From: a virus
Taxonomy: Duplodnaviria > Heunggongvirae > Uroviricota > Caudoviricetes
Virus record (IMG/VR): IMGVR_UViG_2568526230_000010
Length of the DNA stretch: 44,797 nt
Reading direction: 5' to 3' (one strand)
Part shown: positions 1 to 7,935 of the stretch, piece after piece
How the letters are laid out: every line of letters begins with the position of its first letter
How positions within the stretch are numbered: position 1 is the first letter of the stretch
Made by a program: the position numbers and the translations under genes
The notes under the pieces: model-generated
What the model was told of the DNA's origin: nothing
The model's database searches: none
Seen by the model: only the letters and a program-made list of their open reading frames with translations

Positions 1-516
1 ATGAAATTTAAAAAATGTCTTCTGCCTGTGGCAATGTTAGCGTCATTCACTCTGGCAGGATGCCAGTCAAATGCTGATGATCATGCCGCCGATGTTTATC
101 AAACCGATCAACTGAATACCAAACAAGAAACTAAAACCGTTAATATTATTTCCATTCTTCCCGCAAAAGTTGCCGTAGACAACGCCCAAAATAAACGGAA
201 CGCACAAGCCTTCGGCGCGCTTATTGGCGCTGTCGCTGGCGGTGTTATCGGCCACAACGTCGGGTCTGGCAGCAATTCCGGAACGACGGCAGGTGCAGTT
301 GGCGGCGGAGCTGTAGGCGCGGCAGCGGGTTCTATGGTGAATGATAAAACCTTAGTGGAAGGTGTTTCTTTAACATATAAGGAAGGCACCAAAGTGTATA
401 CCTCCACCCAAGTGGGTAAAGAGTGCCAGTTTACGACAGGTTTAGCCGTTGTTATTACCACGACGTATAACGAAACGCGTATTCAGCCAAATACCAAATG
501 TCCTGAAAAGAGCTAA
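1..516 (+). CDS. yfgH: Host-flank outer-membrane lipoprotein with glycine-zipper domain
   Basis: ATG at position 1; signal peptide ending in lipobox LAGC; Gly/Ala-rich glycine-zipper segment GALIGAVAGGVIGHNVG; 171 aa. Symbol inferred from product class, size and the adjacent 179-aa secreted protein, not from a search. Confidence 0.6.
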   Translation: MKFKKCLLPVAMLASFTLAGCQSNADDHAADVYQTDQLNTKQETKTVNIISILPAKVAVDNAQNKRNAQAFGALIGAVAGGVIGHNVGSGSNSGTTAGAVGGGAVGAAAGSMVNDKTLVEGVSLTYKEGTKVYTSTQVGKECQFTTGLAVVITTTYNETRIQPNTKCPEKS

Positions 517-531
517 TAATCAGGAGGAGTC

Positions 532-1071
532 ATGAAGAAAGTTTTTCTTTGCGCCATCTTAGCCTCCTTAAGCTATCCGGCTATCGCCTCATCATTGCAG
601 GATCAACTCTCGGCTGTCGCAGAAGCGGAACAGCAAGGTAAAAATGAAGAGCAAAGGCAGCATGACGAATGGGTCGCGGAGCGCAACAGGGAAATCCAGC
701 AAGAGAAGCAACGTCGCGCAAACGCCCAGGCCGCGGCTAATAAAAGAGCGGCAACGGCAGCAGCGAATAAGAAAGCTCGTCAGGATAAACTGGACGCCGA
801 AGCCACTGCGGACAAAAAACGCGATCAAAGTTATGAAGATGAGCTACGTAGCTTAGAGATTCAGAAACAAAAACTGGCGCTGGCGAAAGAAGAAGCCCGC
901 GTTAAGCGCGAAAACGAATTTATCGATCAGGAACTGAAGCACAAAGCTGCGCAAACCGATGTGGTGCAATCTGAAGCTGACGCAAACAGAAATATGACTG
1001 AAGGCGGTCGCGATCTGATGAAAAGCGTGGGTAAAGCAGAAGAGAATAAATCAGATAGCTGGTTTAACTAA
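532..1071 (+). CDS. yfgI: Host-flank secreted K/E/Q/A-rich coiled-coil protein
   Basis: RBS AGGAGG 6 nt upstream; cleavable signal peptide (…AIASS); 179 aa, low-complexity charged helical sequence; followed by a strong terminator. Symbol inferred from size and neighbourhood only. Confidence 0.55.
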   Translation: MKKVFLCAILASLSYPAIASSLQDQLSAVAEAEQQGKNEEQRQHDEWVAERNREIQQEKQRRANAQAAANKRAATAAANKKARQDKLDAEATADKKRDQSYEDELRSLEIQKQKLALAKEEARVKRENEFIDQELKHKAAQTDVVQSEADANRNMTEGGRDLMKSVGKAEENKSDSWFN

Positions 1072-1110
1072 ACGATGTTAGTAACTTCAAACCTATAATT
1101 CTTTAGGATA

Positions 1111-1142
1111 AAAAACCCTCTGTAGTAACAGAGGGTTTTGTT
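1111..1142. terminator. Bidirectional rho-independent terminator
   Basis: 10-bp perfect stem AACCCTCTGT/ACAGAGGGTT with loop AGTA, A-tract 5' and T-tract 3', directly after the stop of the 532..1071 gene. Confidence 0.7.
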
Positions 1143-1161
1143 CATTCATAGTGCAGGGTCA

Positions 1162-1260
1162 AATCATTCCCACTCAATTATTTACGGACACCATAACTAA
1201 TTGAGTGATAACATTTTTCCAAAGATGAATTTTTCTCGTACCGTTTTATATACCGTCACC
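1162..1260. other. Candidate att core and P' arm (start of attL/attP identity)
   Basis: First bases shared by the left junction and the inter-copy junction; contains 10-bp inverted repeat CACTCAATTA (1171-1180) / TAATTGAGTG (1198-1207) and the 11-mer ATACCGTCACC (1250-1260) that recurs in the opposite arm at 40954-40964. Confidence 0.35.
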
Positions 1261-1288
1261 GGAAATCAGTACCATGAAAAATGCCATG

Positions 1289-1771
1289 CTATCTGGTCAG
1301 TGTGTCGTACTGTTTTTCGCAGACTCTTCCGGCTTCGGCTGCCCGGTCAGCATACTCTGCCAGTTGTCTGTTTCTCTCGAGAGATTTGCTGAGCACGTCG
1401 GCAAGCAAAACTCCGGTGTCTGCGGCTGACGTCCCAGCGCCGACAATGGCGTTATACTGCCTGAGCTGCTCACGGATGGCAAAGAGTTGTTGCTGCAACC
1501 TGCCAGCGCGAGCGGCAGCATCAAGAGCATCGCTGCGCGCCTGCTCGATCCTCTGCTGCGCTTCACGTTCATTGGTCGCTTTCTCCTGTTCGTAGTGCTG
1601 ACGAACTTTTTCTTCTTCGGCTTTGCGGTCTTCTTTCGCCTGCGCATACCCGGCGTCGTACTGACGACTGCCGTGTGCATTCCAGGCTACAACTCCTGAT
1701 ATGACCAGAACAGCAAGCATCGCCATGATAACCAACTGTTTCCAGTATGCTTTTACGAATGCCCAGATCAT
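1289..1771 (-). CDS. Rz-like inner-membrane spanin
   Basis: 160 aa; N-terminal TM helix then Q/E/R/A-rich coiled coil; last gene of the lysis cassette, overlaps the endolysin stop by 4 nt. Confidence 0.75.
   Translation of the reverse strand: MIWAFVKAYWKQLVIMAMLAVLVISGVVAWNAHGSRQYDAGYAQAKEDRKAEEEKVRQHYEQEKATNEREAQQRIEQARSDALDAAARAGRLQQQLFAIREQLRQYNAIVGAGTSAADTGVLLADVLSKSLERNRQLAEYADRAAEAGRVCEKQYDTLTR
1297..1530 (-). CDS. Rz1-like outer-membrane lipoprotein spanin, embedded in Rz in the +1 frame
   Basis: Internal start gives [12 protein letters not shown]… with lipobox LAGC and a Pro/Ser-rich 77-aa product lying entirely inside the Rz ORF, as in lambda Rz/Rz1. Confidence 0.6.
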   Translation of the reverse strand: MLLMLPLALAGCSNNSLPSVSSSGSITPLSALGRQPQTPEFCLPTCSANLSRETDNWQSMLTGQPKPEESAKNSTTH

Positions 1772-2397
1772 ACCGCTAGCGCCTTACTGGCAGTGATGTA
1801 CCGAGCGCGCCGGTCGTCGATGCCGTTCCTGCCACCATTGATAATCAGAGTTACACGTGCAATATCGCCGGTATACTTCATGCAGCCTTTGCTGGAGAAA
1901 AACCACGCCGCGCTACGAGCTGCATATTCGTCCTGCGCCAGCAGTTCAGGATTCTCCAGCAGGTCCACTTTCAGGCCGTTTCCGCAGTCACGATAGTTAT
2001 TCAAACCGGTAATCTGGATAAGTCCGCGCCCACGGTAATTCCATCCATCGCCTGGGGCATTGTTACCCATGCGTTTGCTGTACACCAGATTTGCGATCGC
2101 GCGCTGGCGCTCGAGTTGCAATGGTGGTTCACCAGCACGGCGACCCAGTGCGTTGGCCTGTCCCTGAGTGAGACGTCCTGCCCGAACAAAGTTAGCCAGT
2201 CCTGTGACACTGTAGTTGAAATTCTCCTGCAACCTGGTGAAGCCACCAGACTCATGCCCGACTTGAGCAATAAACATTGCCTGATCTTCTGCTTTGCTGA
2301 TACCAAACTCTTTCATTGCAGAAGTTATATGCGAGAACCAGCGTGCGGCCAGCGCCTCGCTAATACCAGCAGCTCGCTGGAATTGTTTAATCTCCAT
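1768..2397 (-). CDS. Endolysin, glycoside hydrolase family 19 (chitinase-like lysozyme)
   Basis: 209 aa; motifs [12 protein letters not shown] and [12 protein letters not shown] typical of GH19 phage endolysins; sits between holin-like genes and Rz. Confidence 0.8.
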   Translation of the reverse strand: MEIKQFQRAAGISEALAARWFSHITSAMKEFGISKAEDQAMFIAQVGHESGGFTRLQENFNYSVTGLANFVRAGRLTQGQANALGRRAGEPPLQLERQRAIANLVYSKRMGNNAPGDGWNYRGRGLIQITGLNNYRDCGNGLKVDLLENPELLAQDEYAARSAAWFFSSKGCMKYTGDIARVTLIINGGRNGIDDRRARYITASKALAV

Positions 2398-2695
2398 GTT
2401 TAGACCTCGTTATCTTGAAAATCTGAACGACGTTACCGCGAGTTTTAAGAACCGCAGCAAGCATGACAGCGTTGATAATGACCTCAGATAAATCCACAGC
2501 CATTGGCGTGCGTAACCAGATTGCATAGGCGACTCGAACAGGAATACTGGCCGCAGCAACAATCAGGAAATAAGCAAGCCATCCTCCCCACCTTCGATGT
2601 TGAGAGCCGTTACGCCGGAATGTGACAACGCGAATTGCTATGCCAGTGCAAATAACTGCATTGGTGATAAGCAAAAAAAACTCATGCGTTACCAT
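2387..2695 (-). CDS. Holin-like small membrane protein
   Basis: 102 aa with hydrophobic TM segments and a charged C-terminus; overlaps the endolysin start. Confidence 0.5.
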   Translation of the reverse strand: MVTHEFFLLITNAVICTGIAIRVVTFRRNGSQHRRWGGWLAYFLIVAAASIPVRVAYAIWLRTPMAVDLSEVIINAVMLAAVLKTRGNVVQIFKITRSKHGD

Positions 2696-3086
2696 CGTCT
2701 TTTCTCCCCGGAATTAACTCGCGTGGATTATCGGAACGGTGATAGAGCCATATACCAATACGCACAGCGACAATTGCTGACACAAATGCGCCTGCAGAGA
2801 AAACAATCCCTTTTTCAAAAGAGTCCTGCGTGATGGTAGGGATCAGGCTGGCTATGCCGATAAGAATTGATGCTGCTGGTTTGTAAAAGAGAAGGCCGCA
2901 AAGAAAGCTGAGCATCGACAGGAGCACCCGGCGACGGATGGGGTACTCTACTGCAGAGGTAACAAAAATTACCGCCCCAGCCAAAGCCCCTAAAGCAACC
3001 TCCGGAGGGACACCTGCAATAACCGCAGCAAGAGAACTAACACTAAGCCACTGATTTGAAGTTTCATTGGTTAGTTGGAATGACAT
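2682..3086 (-). CDS. Holin/antiholin-like multi-TM membrane protein
   Basis: 134 aa, three to four hydrophobic helices; first gene of the lysis cassette, downstream of the tailspike. Confidence 0.5.
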   Translation of the reverse strand: MSFQLTNETSNQWLSVSSLAAVIAGVPPEVALGALAGAVIFVTSAVEYPIRRRVLLSMLSFLCGLLFYKPAASILIGIASLIPTITQDSFEKGIVFSAGAFVSAIVAVRIGIWLYHRSDNPRELIPGRKDDGNA

Positions 3087-3158
3087 AACGAAACCCGTTT
3101 ATTTGCAAACACCCTGCTTCAGGAAAAGTATACCGCGCAACAACACACCATTTACGGT

Positions 3159-5621
3159 TCAATTCCCTGTTAATTGCAAAACTTGCTCTTCCAGCTTTTT
3201 AACCCTGCGTCTCATCATCGCAGATTCCAGAATCAGAGCCTCTTCATAACGGATACCGTAACATTCACCAGCCTCGACGGCTTCGCGTACCAGAACCTTT
3301 GTCTGTATAAGTGGGTAAACTCCTGCAGAATGCTCTTCTTCCGTCACATCCCTGTATTCTGCCGGGGTCTCATTCCACTTGTCATAACAGATAAATGCCA
3401 GTCGTGACACATCTATGCCTTCATTCTGAAATACACTGATAACATGCTGCGCAACTGCACCAAAGTGCCATCTTGCTCCGTCTTTACCTTTCACTTCGAT
3501 CCTGTCAAGGTACTGGTATGAAACCCATTCCACTCTTTCCCATGCGTCCAGTATTTTCTCATCAATAACCTCTGGAGCAGTCTTGAAACGCGCATCGGAC
3601 AGCACCGTAAACGCTGACTGGGTAAATCCCCCCGACCATGCACGACCAGCCAACCCAAGAGAATAAGTATTCGTTGTCGATGGTGTCATGGCTGAATCAG
3701 AAAACTGTATATATTCTGAATTTCCAGTAGATATTCGAATATTTCCATTTATTAGCGACATAGTGCCTTTAGTATTATCACTATTGAATAATTTCAATTG
3801 CGAACTTATACCGCCTCCCACAGCCAGAGATACATCGCCTTCAGCAAGCATTCTGAATTTATCTGCAGAAACAAGCGTCTGGTTAGCAAGGTTAAAATAT
3901 TTAACCCACCATTCAAAACGCCCTGACATAGTCCCAACGTACTGACCAAGCGCAGGGACGTGAACAACATTGCTATTTGTAGTGCCGTCTATACTGGAAA
4001 TACCAGTCACCGCTGATGCAGAACTCAGAATATTATTTCTGTCACCAGGATGTTTAATTTCAACAAAGTTCCTGATACACCCTTCCTCGAAGGTAACCAC
4101 GCCGGAAGAACTATACATGGGGAATATTGACGCATAATTACTGCGTGCAGCATCTAAGAAACGAATGGTTGTAGATGTCTGCAGATCTCCTGATTCATTT
4201 TTCCCATCACACCCAGTCATTAGAATATTACTGGCAATATTATTATTTCCCTGAACGGTGACGCCGTGCGCCTGCTTTGCGTCCGATTCAGAGTAATCAA
4301 CCAGCACATCCGAAATCAGGTTACCAGTCCCCTTGCCAACAACTACTGCGGCGTATTTTGGGTTGTTAGCCATTACACTGCTAATGATATTATTCGTTGG
4401 GGCAGTTTCCGTCTCAGTTCCATTGTAAACAACGTGCTGACACTCTTCACCAATAACATTGCTGACAATGTTATATTTTGCTGCTGTTTTAAGTTCCACT
4501 GCACCAAACTGAGGATAATTTCTGGCTATCACACCATCAATTAGCGTATTTTGCGATGAATCAAAAAGCACACAACCTGCTTTTTTATTATTTGCGAACC
4601 CTAAATACTCTCCTCTTATATCTCTAACAATGTAACCTGACGGAATACCATTATTCGGATAAGCGATCAAGCTAAATCCTGTTCCTCGCGTATTTGTAAA
4701 TCTGATATTTTTAACCGATACATCATGGCCACCTGAAAATGACACCTGGTGTCCCTGCACACTATCATCTGATTTATTTCCCATAATTGTTAGCGTACTA
4801 AGCATGCCACCATCGGGCATGTTAAAAACCAGATGATTACCATCTCTGTCATACTGTTTTATCGTTCCCCCACCTGTTCCGTACAAGCCACAACGTGAAA
4901 GAGAAACTAAAGATGTATTGAATACCCCTTCCGGAACAAAAACACTGCTAAACGAATGTAATGATTTTGTAAAAGCATCCTTGTTATCATTTAAGATTCC
5001 ATTTTGAGCTCCAAAATCCTTAATGCTGACACCATCACGCATCTTATCCTGGAACGTTCTGTATACCGCTCCAGAACCATACTGAATAAACCAACCAAAA
5101 CCACCAATAACTCCGGCGATTGCAGCATCGACATAATTACGCATTGAGCGATTATTTACAGCGTCCTGCTCAAGTGATGGATCGGCAAGGTTAGATATTC
5201 TGTTTTGCTTTGCATCGTAATATTTTGCAAGCAAAGATGGTTTCATCAATGCACGTCTGAACAACCCAAAACATCGCTGGATCAGCATCGTCAGGTAGTC
5301 AAATGCATCCTCATGAACTTCGGGGAAAAATTTTCCCTGATTGCGAAGATCAGTCTCCTGCACCACATCAAGCACACGCTCTATCGTGATTCGCCAGCCA
5401 GCAGCAAGCGGCGACGGAAGAACCACTGCACCGCCACTATAAGTTCCCGCCCCTGTTACCGTATAACCAGCATCCAGCACTAGTTTTGTAACGTTACCGT
5501 TAAGGTCAGACACCTGAACAACCAGGTCGGATTTTTTGAAAATACGGAAGGTATACGGAAATGATGTCGTAACGCCGTTACCTGTGTATTCGTTGTGGTC
5601 AACTTCGGTTGAGACCGTCAT
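3159..5621 (-). CDS. Tailspike with beta-helix and C-terminal intramolecular chaperone (S74-type autoproteolytic) domain
   Basis: 820 aa; conserved podovirus particle-binding N-terminus; long Gly/Asn/Ser/Thr-rich repetitive middle; C-terminal 150 aa ending in a coiled coil resembles endosialidase-type chaperone domains. Confidence 0.8.
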   Translation of the reverse strand: MTVSTEVDHNEYTGNGVTTSFPYTFRIFKKSDLVVQVSDLNGNVTKLVLDAGYTVTGAGTYSGGAVVLPSPLAAGWRITIERVLDVVQETDLRNQGKFFPEVHEDAFDYLTMLIQRCFGLFRRALMKPSLLAKYYDAKQNRISNLADPSLEQDAVNNRSMRNYVDAAIAGVIGGFGWFIQYGSGAVYRTFQDKMRDGVSIKDFGAQNGILNDNKDAFTKSLHSFSSVFVPEGVFNTSLVSLSRCGLYGTGGGTIKQYDRDGNHLVFNMPDGGMLSTLTIMGNKSDDSVQGHQVSFSGGHDVSVKNIRFTNTRGTGFSLIAYPNNGIPSGYIVRDIRGEYLGFANNKKAGCVLFDSSQNTLIDGVIARNYPQFGAVELKTAAKYNIVSNVIGEECQHVVYNGTETETAPTNNIISSVMANNPKYAAVVVGKGTGNLISDVLVDYSESDAKQAHGVTVQGNNNIASNILMTGCDGKNESGDLQTSTTIRFLDAARSNYASIFPMYSSSGVVTFEEGCIRNFVEIKHPGDRNNILSSASAVTGISSIDGTTNSNVVHVPALGQYVGTMSGRFEWWVKYFNLANQTLVSADKFRMLAEGDVSLAVGGGISSQLKLFNSDNTKGTMSLINGNIRISTGNSEYIQFSDSAMTPSTTNTYSLGLAGRAWSGGFTQSAFTVLSDARFKTAPEVIDEKILDAWERVEWVSYQYLDRIEVKGKDGARWHFGAVAQHVISVFQNEGIDVSRLAFICYDKWNETPAEYRDVTEEEHSAGVYPLIQTKVLVREAVEAGECYGIRYEEALILESAMMRRRVKKLEEQVLQLTGN

Positions 5622-5725
5622 GTTAAATCTCCAGATAGTCGCAGCACCCGTTGCGCCGCATATCTGGTTATTCTATTACCTGAAAAACCATATATGGATA
5701 AAAAGACTGTAAATACGAATAGATA

Positions 5726-5740
5726 TTACCTTTCAGGTAA
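5726..5740. promoter_or_regulatory. Operator-like palindrome TTACCTTTCAGGTAA (perfect 6-3-6)
   Basis: Perfect inverted repeat in the divergent region between the tailspike and the accessory island; one of 13 family members. Confidence 0.5.
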
Positions 5741-5777
5741 TTTGCAAAACGTGCTGGATAGCAAACAAATTATTTGC

Positions 5778-5797
5778 TACTGTATAAATATACAGTT
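5778..5797. promoter_or_regulatory. LexA (SOS) box TACTGTATAAATATACAGTT
   Basis: CTGT-N8-ACAG with an AT-rich spacer, matching the enterobacterial SOS-box consensus at 19 of 20 positions; 21 nt upstream of the ATG at 5818. Confidence 0.7.
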
Positions 5798-5817
5798 ATT
5801 GCATGGAGAAGATTAAG

Positions 5818-6075
5818 ATGCAGCAGTATCACTATCCACTGGAAGACGGATTTACCGAAAGGATTCACACGCCGGGAGGCGTCAGGTCACTGGTGGAGGG
5901 ATCGCACTTGATGAAATTACTCCGGGATCTCGATAAGGATGGATTTAATGTCGATGGCCCACTTGCCGAACTGACTGCACTGATTAACTACGTCACCAGC
6001 TCACAGATGTCTATGCAGGATCTGCAAACACATCTCGACTATTGTGCCGAACAATTACGAAAACAAACCAGATAA
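5818..6075 (+). CDS. Small protein homologous to the C-terminal domain of the downstream antirepressor-like protein
   Basis: 85 aa; RBS GGAG 9 nt upstream; IHTPGGVRSLVEGSHLMKLL…MQDLQTHLDY aligns with IHSPSGVLGLTENSLLMNLL…LRDIQTHAEY in the 6889..7608 product. Confidence 0.6.
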   Translation: MQQYHYPLEDGFTERIHTPGGVRSLVEGSHLMKLLRDLDKDGFNVDGPLAELTALINYVTSSQMSMQDLQTHLDYCAEQLRKQTR

Positions 6076-6106
6076 GGTTTGAAATTACCAAATGGAGTGC
6101 TTATAT

Positions 6107-6121
6107 TTACCTTTGCGGTAA
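6107..6121. promoter_or_regulatory. Operator-like palindrome TTACCTTTGCGGTAA inside a hairpin
   Basis: Family member with one mismatch, lying in the loop of the inverted repeat GGAGTGC (6094-6100) / GCACTCC (6131-6137) just after the small-gene stop. Confidence 0.4.
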
Positions 6122-6147
6122 ATTTACATCGCACTCCTCTTGTGCCA

Positions 6148-6240
6148 TAGTAATCGGGCACTGGCAAAATCCAGTGCCGGGATTGGCGTCCCGGATTACT
6201 AGTAGGCGCATACCACGCCAGACGTGGTTTTTTTATGCGT
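6148..6240 (+). ncRNA. Candidate structured small RNA: tRNA-like three-way junction plus intrinsic terminator
   Basis: 8-bp closing stem TAGTAATC/GATTACTA encloses hairpins GGCACTGG-CAAAAT-CCAGTGCC and GGGA-TTGGCG-TCCC, followed by terminator ACCACG-CCAGA-CGTGGT plus T7; no credible ORF on either strand. Confidence 0.4.
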
Positions 6241-6389
6241 ATAGCACAGTCATATCCGAATTATGGTGGGCTGGGCAGGGGCACCGAAAGGTGCGCCGGT
6301 ACCTACTAGGCCGGTACGCCAACCTTGTCCAGTTCACCACCAGCAATTGGCGTTGCGGTGGTGGGTAACTTACTAGTAGAGGTATCGCT

Positions 6390-6896
6390 ATGCCAGGCCA
6401 AAAAATCTCAAACGACGATCTGTATTGGTTAATTTCTAATTCTCCACTCCTTCTTATGCTAAGGCAAGAAAGTGCACCACTGGTCAGTGAATTGATTAGC
6501 TGTAGAAATAGAATGTGGGATGAAGGGGCAGATTTAGATACCAATTTGTTTGATCATCTTATGCAACTAGCAGTCGATAACAAGGCAAAACTACGCTCTG
6601 AATACAACGCTTATCCAGAAATAGCAAAATACCTTAACGCTGAAATACTTGGTGGACCAGGTCAACCAGACCTAAAAACAAAAGATGGTTACCCTGTTGA
6701 GGTGAAGGTAGATACTTTTTCTCCTTCAGCATTAAAACAATTATTAAGGTATATGGATGCTTCTGGCGCAGATTTTGGTTTTGCTTGTGCAAAAACTCTT
6801 TCTGTAAAACTCCCTGAAAACATAAAGTTCATCCAGTTAGATTATAAAGATAATTGCTATTTCGTCGTGAAAGATGGAGGCAATGAAAATGCGTAA
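6390..6896 (+). CDS. Hypothetical protein, AT-rich accessory gene coupled to the antirepressor-like gene
   Basis: 168 aa; RBS GAGGT 5 nt upstream; lower GC than flanking phage genes; its end overlaps the start of the next gene. Confidence 0.55.
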   Translation: MPGQKISNDDLYWLISNSPLLLMLRQESAPLVSELISCRNRMWDEGADLDTNLFDHLMQLAVDNKAKLRSEYNAYPEIAKYLNAEILGGPGQPDLKTKDGYPVEVKVDTFSPSALKQLLRYMDASGADFGFACAKTLSVKLPENIKFIQLDYKDNCYFVVKDGGNENA

Positions 6897-7608
6897 TATA
6901 GCTATTGATAAGTTGCCGATAACAACTCATTGCAACATCCCTGTAATGACTACAGAAATGCTTGCTGATTTGTATGACACAGAACCCAAACTGATTCGTC
7001 AAAACTATCAACGAAATGCAGATCGATTCATTGAGGGAAAACATTGTTTCAAGCTGATAGGCGAAGAATTACGAGCATTTAAGAACGAGTCCTCTCAAAG
7101 AGGTTTGCTTAATATTGCACCAAAAGTAAGTCATCTTTTCTTATGGACCGCTCGCGGTGCAGCACGACATGCGAAAATTCTTGAGACTGAAAAAGCGTGG
7201 GAGGTCTTCGAAAAACTGGAAGATTGCTACTTCGACAGAAAACCCGCAAATGTCAGTGGAGATGTTCGTCTCTCAGGTGGAGCTGATTTATCAAAGGCCA
7301 CTCAGGTAATTGAAAAATTCATGCCCGCCATTATGGAGGCGATCAAGCTGGAAGACAAAAAAGAATACAGTGCCCCACTGAAGCCCGGCTACCGCAGCCT
7401 GATTCATTCTCCGTCTGGTGTTCTCGGCCTGACGGAGAACTCACTGCTGATGAATCTGCTGAACCAGTTACAGGAAGACGGGCACGACGTATCGGGCGCG
7501 GCGGCGGAGCTGACCACCATGTTCTGCTACATCGTCGGTGTGAGCAAATGCCTGCGTGATATCCAGACCCACGCGGAGTACATCAACGACAAGGCAGGGT
7601 TCTTCTGA
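6889..7608 (+). CDS. Antirepressor-like protein with N-terminal ORF6N-type DNA-binding domain
   Basis: N-terminus fits the ORF6N pattern (VMTTEMLADLYDTEPKLIRQNYQRNADRFIEGKHCFKLIGEEL); C-terminal domain is a paralog of the 5818..6075 product. Start placed at the ATG 8 nt after GGAGG; the ORF track starts at 6874. Confidence 0.65.
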   Translation: MRNIAIDKLPITTHCNIPVMTTEMLADLYDTEPKLIRQNYQRNADRFIEGKHCFKLIGEELRAFKNESSQRGLLNIAPKVSHLFLWTARGAARHAKILETEKAWEVFEKLEDCYFDRKPANVSGDVRLSGGADLSKATQVIEKFMPAIMEAIKLEDKKEYSAPLKPGYRSLIHSPSGVLGLTENSLLMNLLNQLQEDGHDVSGAAAELTTMFCYIVGVSKCLRDIQTHAEYINDKAGFF

Positions 7609-7680
7609 CGGGCGGCGGCACATGGATGTGCCTTTAAATAATTCTGTACAGATTGCAGACTGTGGGTGAATAGCGTACTA

Positions 7681-7695
7681 TTACCTCAAGGGTAA
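7681..7695. promoter_or_regulatory. Operator-like palindrome TTACCTCAAGGGTAA
   Basis: Family member with one mismatch, between the antirepressor-like stop and the toxin module; followed by hairpin ACGGATT/AATCCGT. Confidence 0.4.
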
Positions 7696-7755
7696 ACGGA
7701 TTGGTTTCATTTTTATTAATCCGTGTAATGAACTTATGAGATATGAGGTAATGTC

Positions 7756-7935
7756 ATGCGAAACGAAAAATTGCAGATGCGTAGAGCGCAAGCTGCCGCA
7801 AGACGTTCTTTCAATGGAAGCGTAGAGTACGTAAAAGTTACTATGACAAAAGATCACGCAAGTCGCGTATCCCGCGCTTTCTTTGATTCTCGTAACAATA
7901 AGGAAAATTATGAGTTCGTCTGCGTCGCAGAATGA
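7756..7935 (+). CDS. Small basic protein, candidate antitoxin or regulator partner of the YafO-like toxin
   Basis: 59 aa, below the ORF-track cutoff; RBS GAGGT 6 nt upstream; Arg/Lys-rich; its 3' end overlaps the toxin start by 26 nt. No Phd/YefM/YafN-like signature recognised. Confidence 0.35.
   Translation: MRNEKLQMRRAQAAARRSFNGSVEYVKVTMTKDHASRVSRAFFDSRNNKENYEFVCVAE

Larger units (their letters stand above)
1162..4871. repeat. Copy 1 of a direct repeat of at least 3,710 bp, identical to 41088..44797
   Basis: ORF-track proteins at 1201-5621 recur unchanged at +39,926 bp; identity begins exactly at 1162/41088 and runs to the window end. Confidence 0.9.

Noticed and set aside
1201-1699. ORF-track ORFs on the plus strand (1201..1392, 1281..1595, 1487..1699) overlapping the Rz/Rz1 region
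   Set aside because: They are antisense to a well-supported spanin gene pair, low-complexity (Ser/Ala/Cys/Leu-rich) and lack ribosome-binding sites; read as frame shadows.
1162-4871. The large direct repeat as an insertion sequence or transposon
   Set aside because: It has no transposase or terminal inverted repeats and consists of ordinary phage lysis and tailspike genes; its spacing equals one phage genome length, which fits a tandem prophage.
6042-6368. 108-aa ORF spanning the region after the small LexA-boxed gene
   Set aside because: The interval is densely hairpinned with a strong intrinsic terminator in its middle and no RBS; it fits non-coding structured RNA better than protein.
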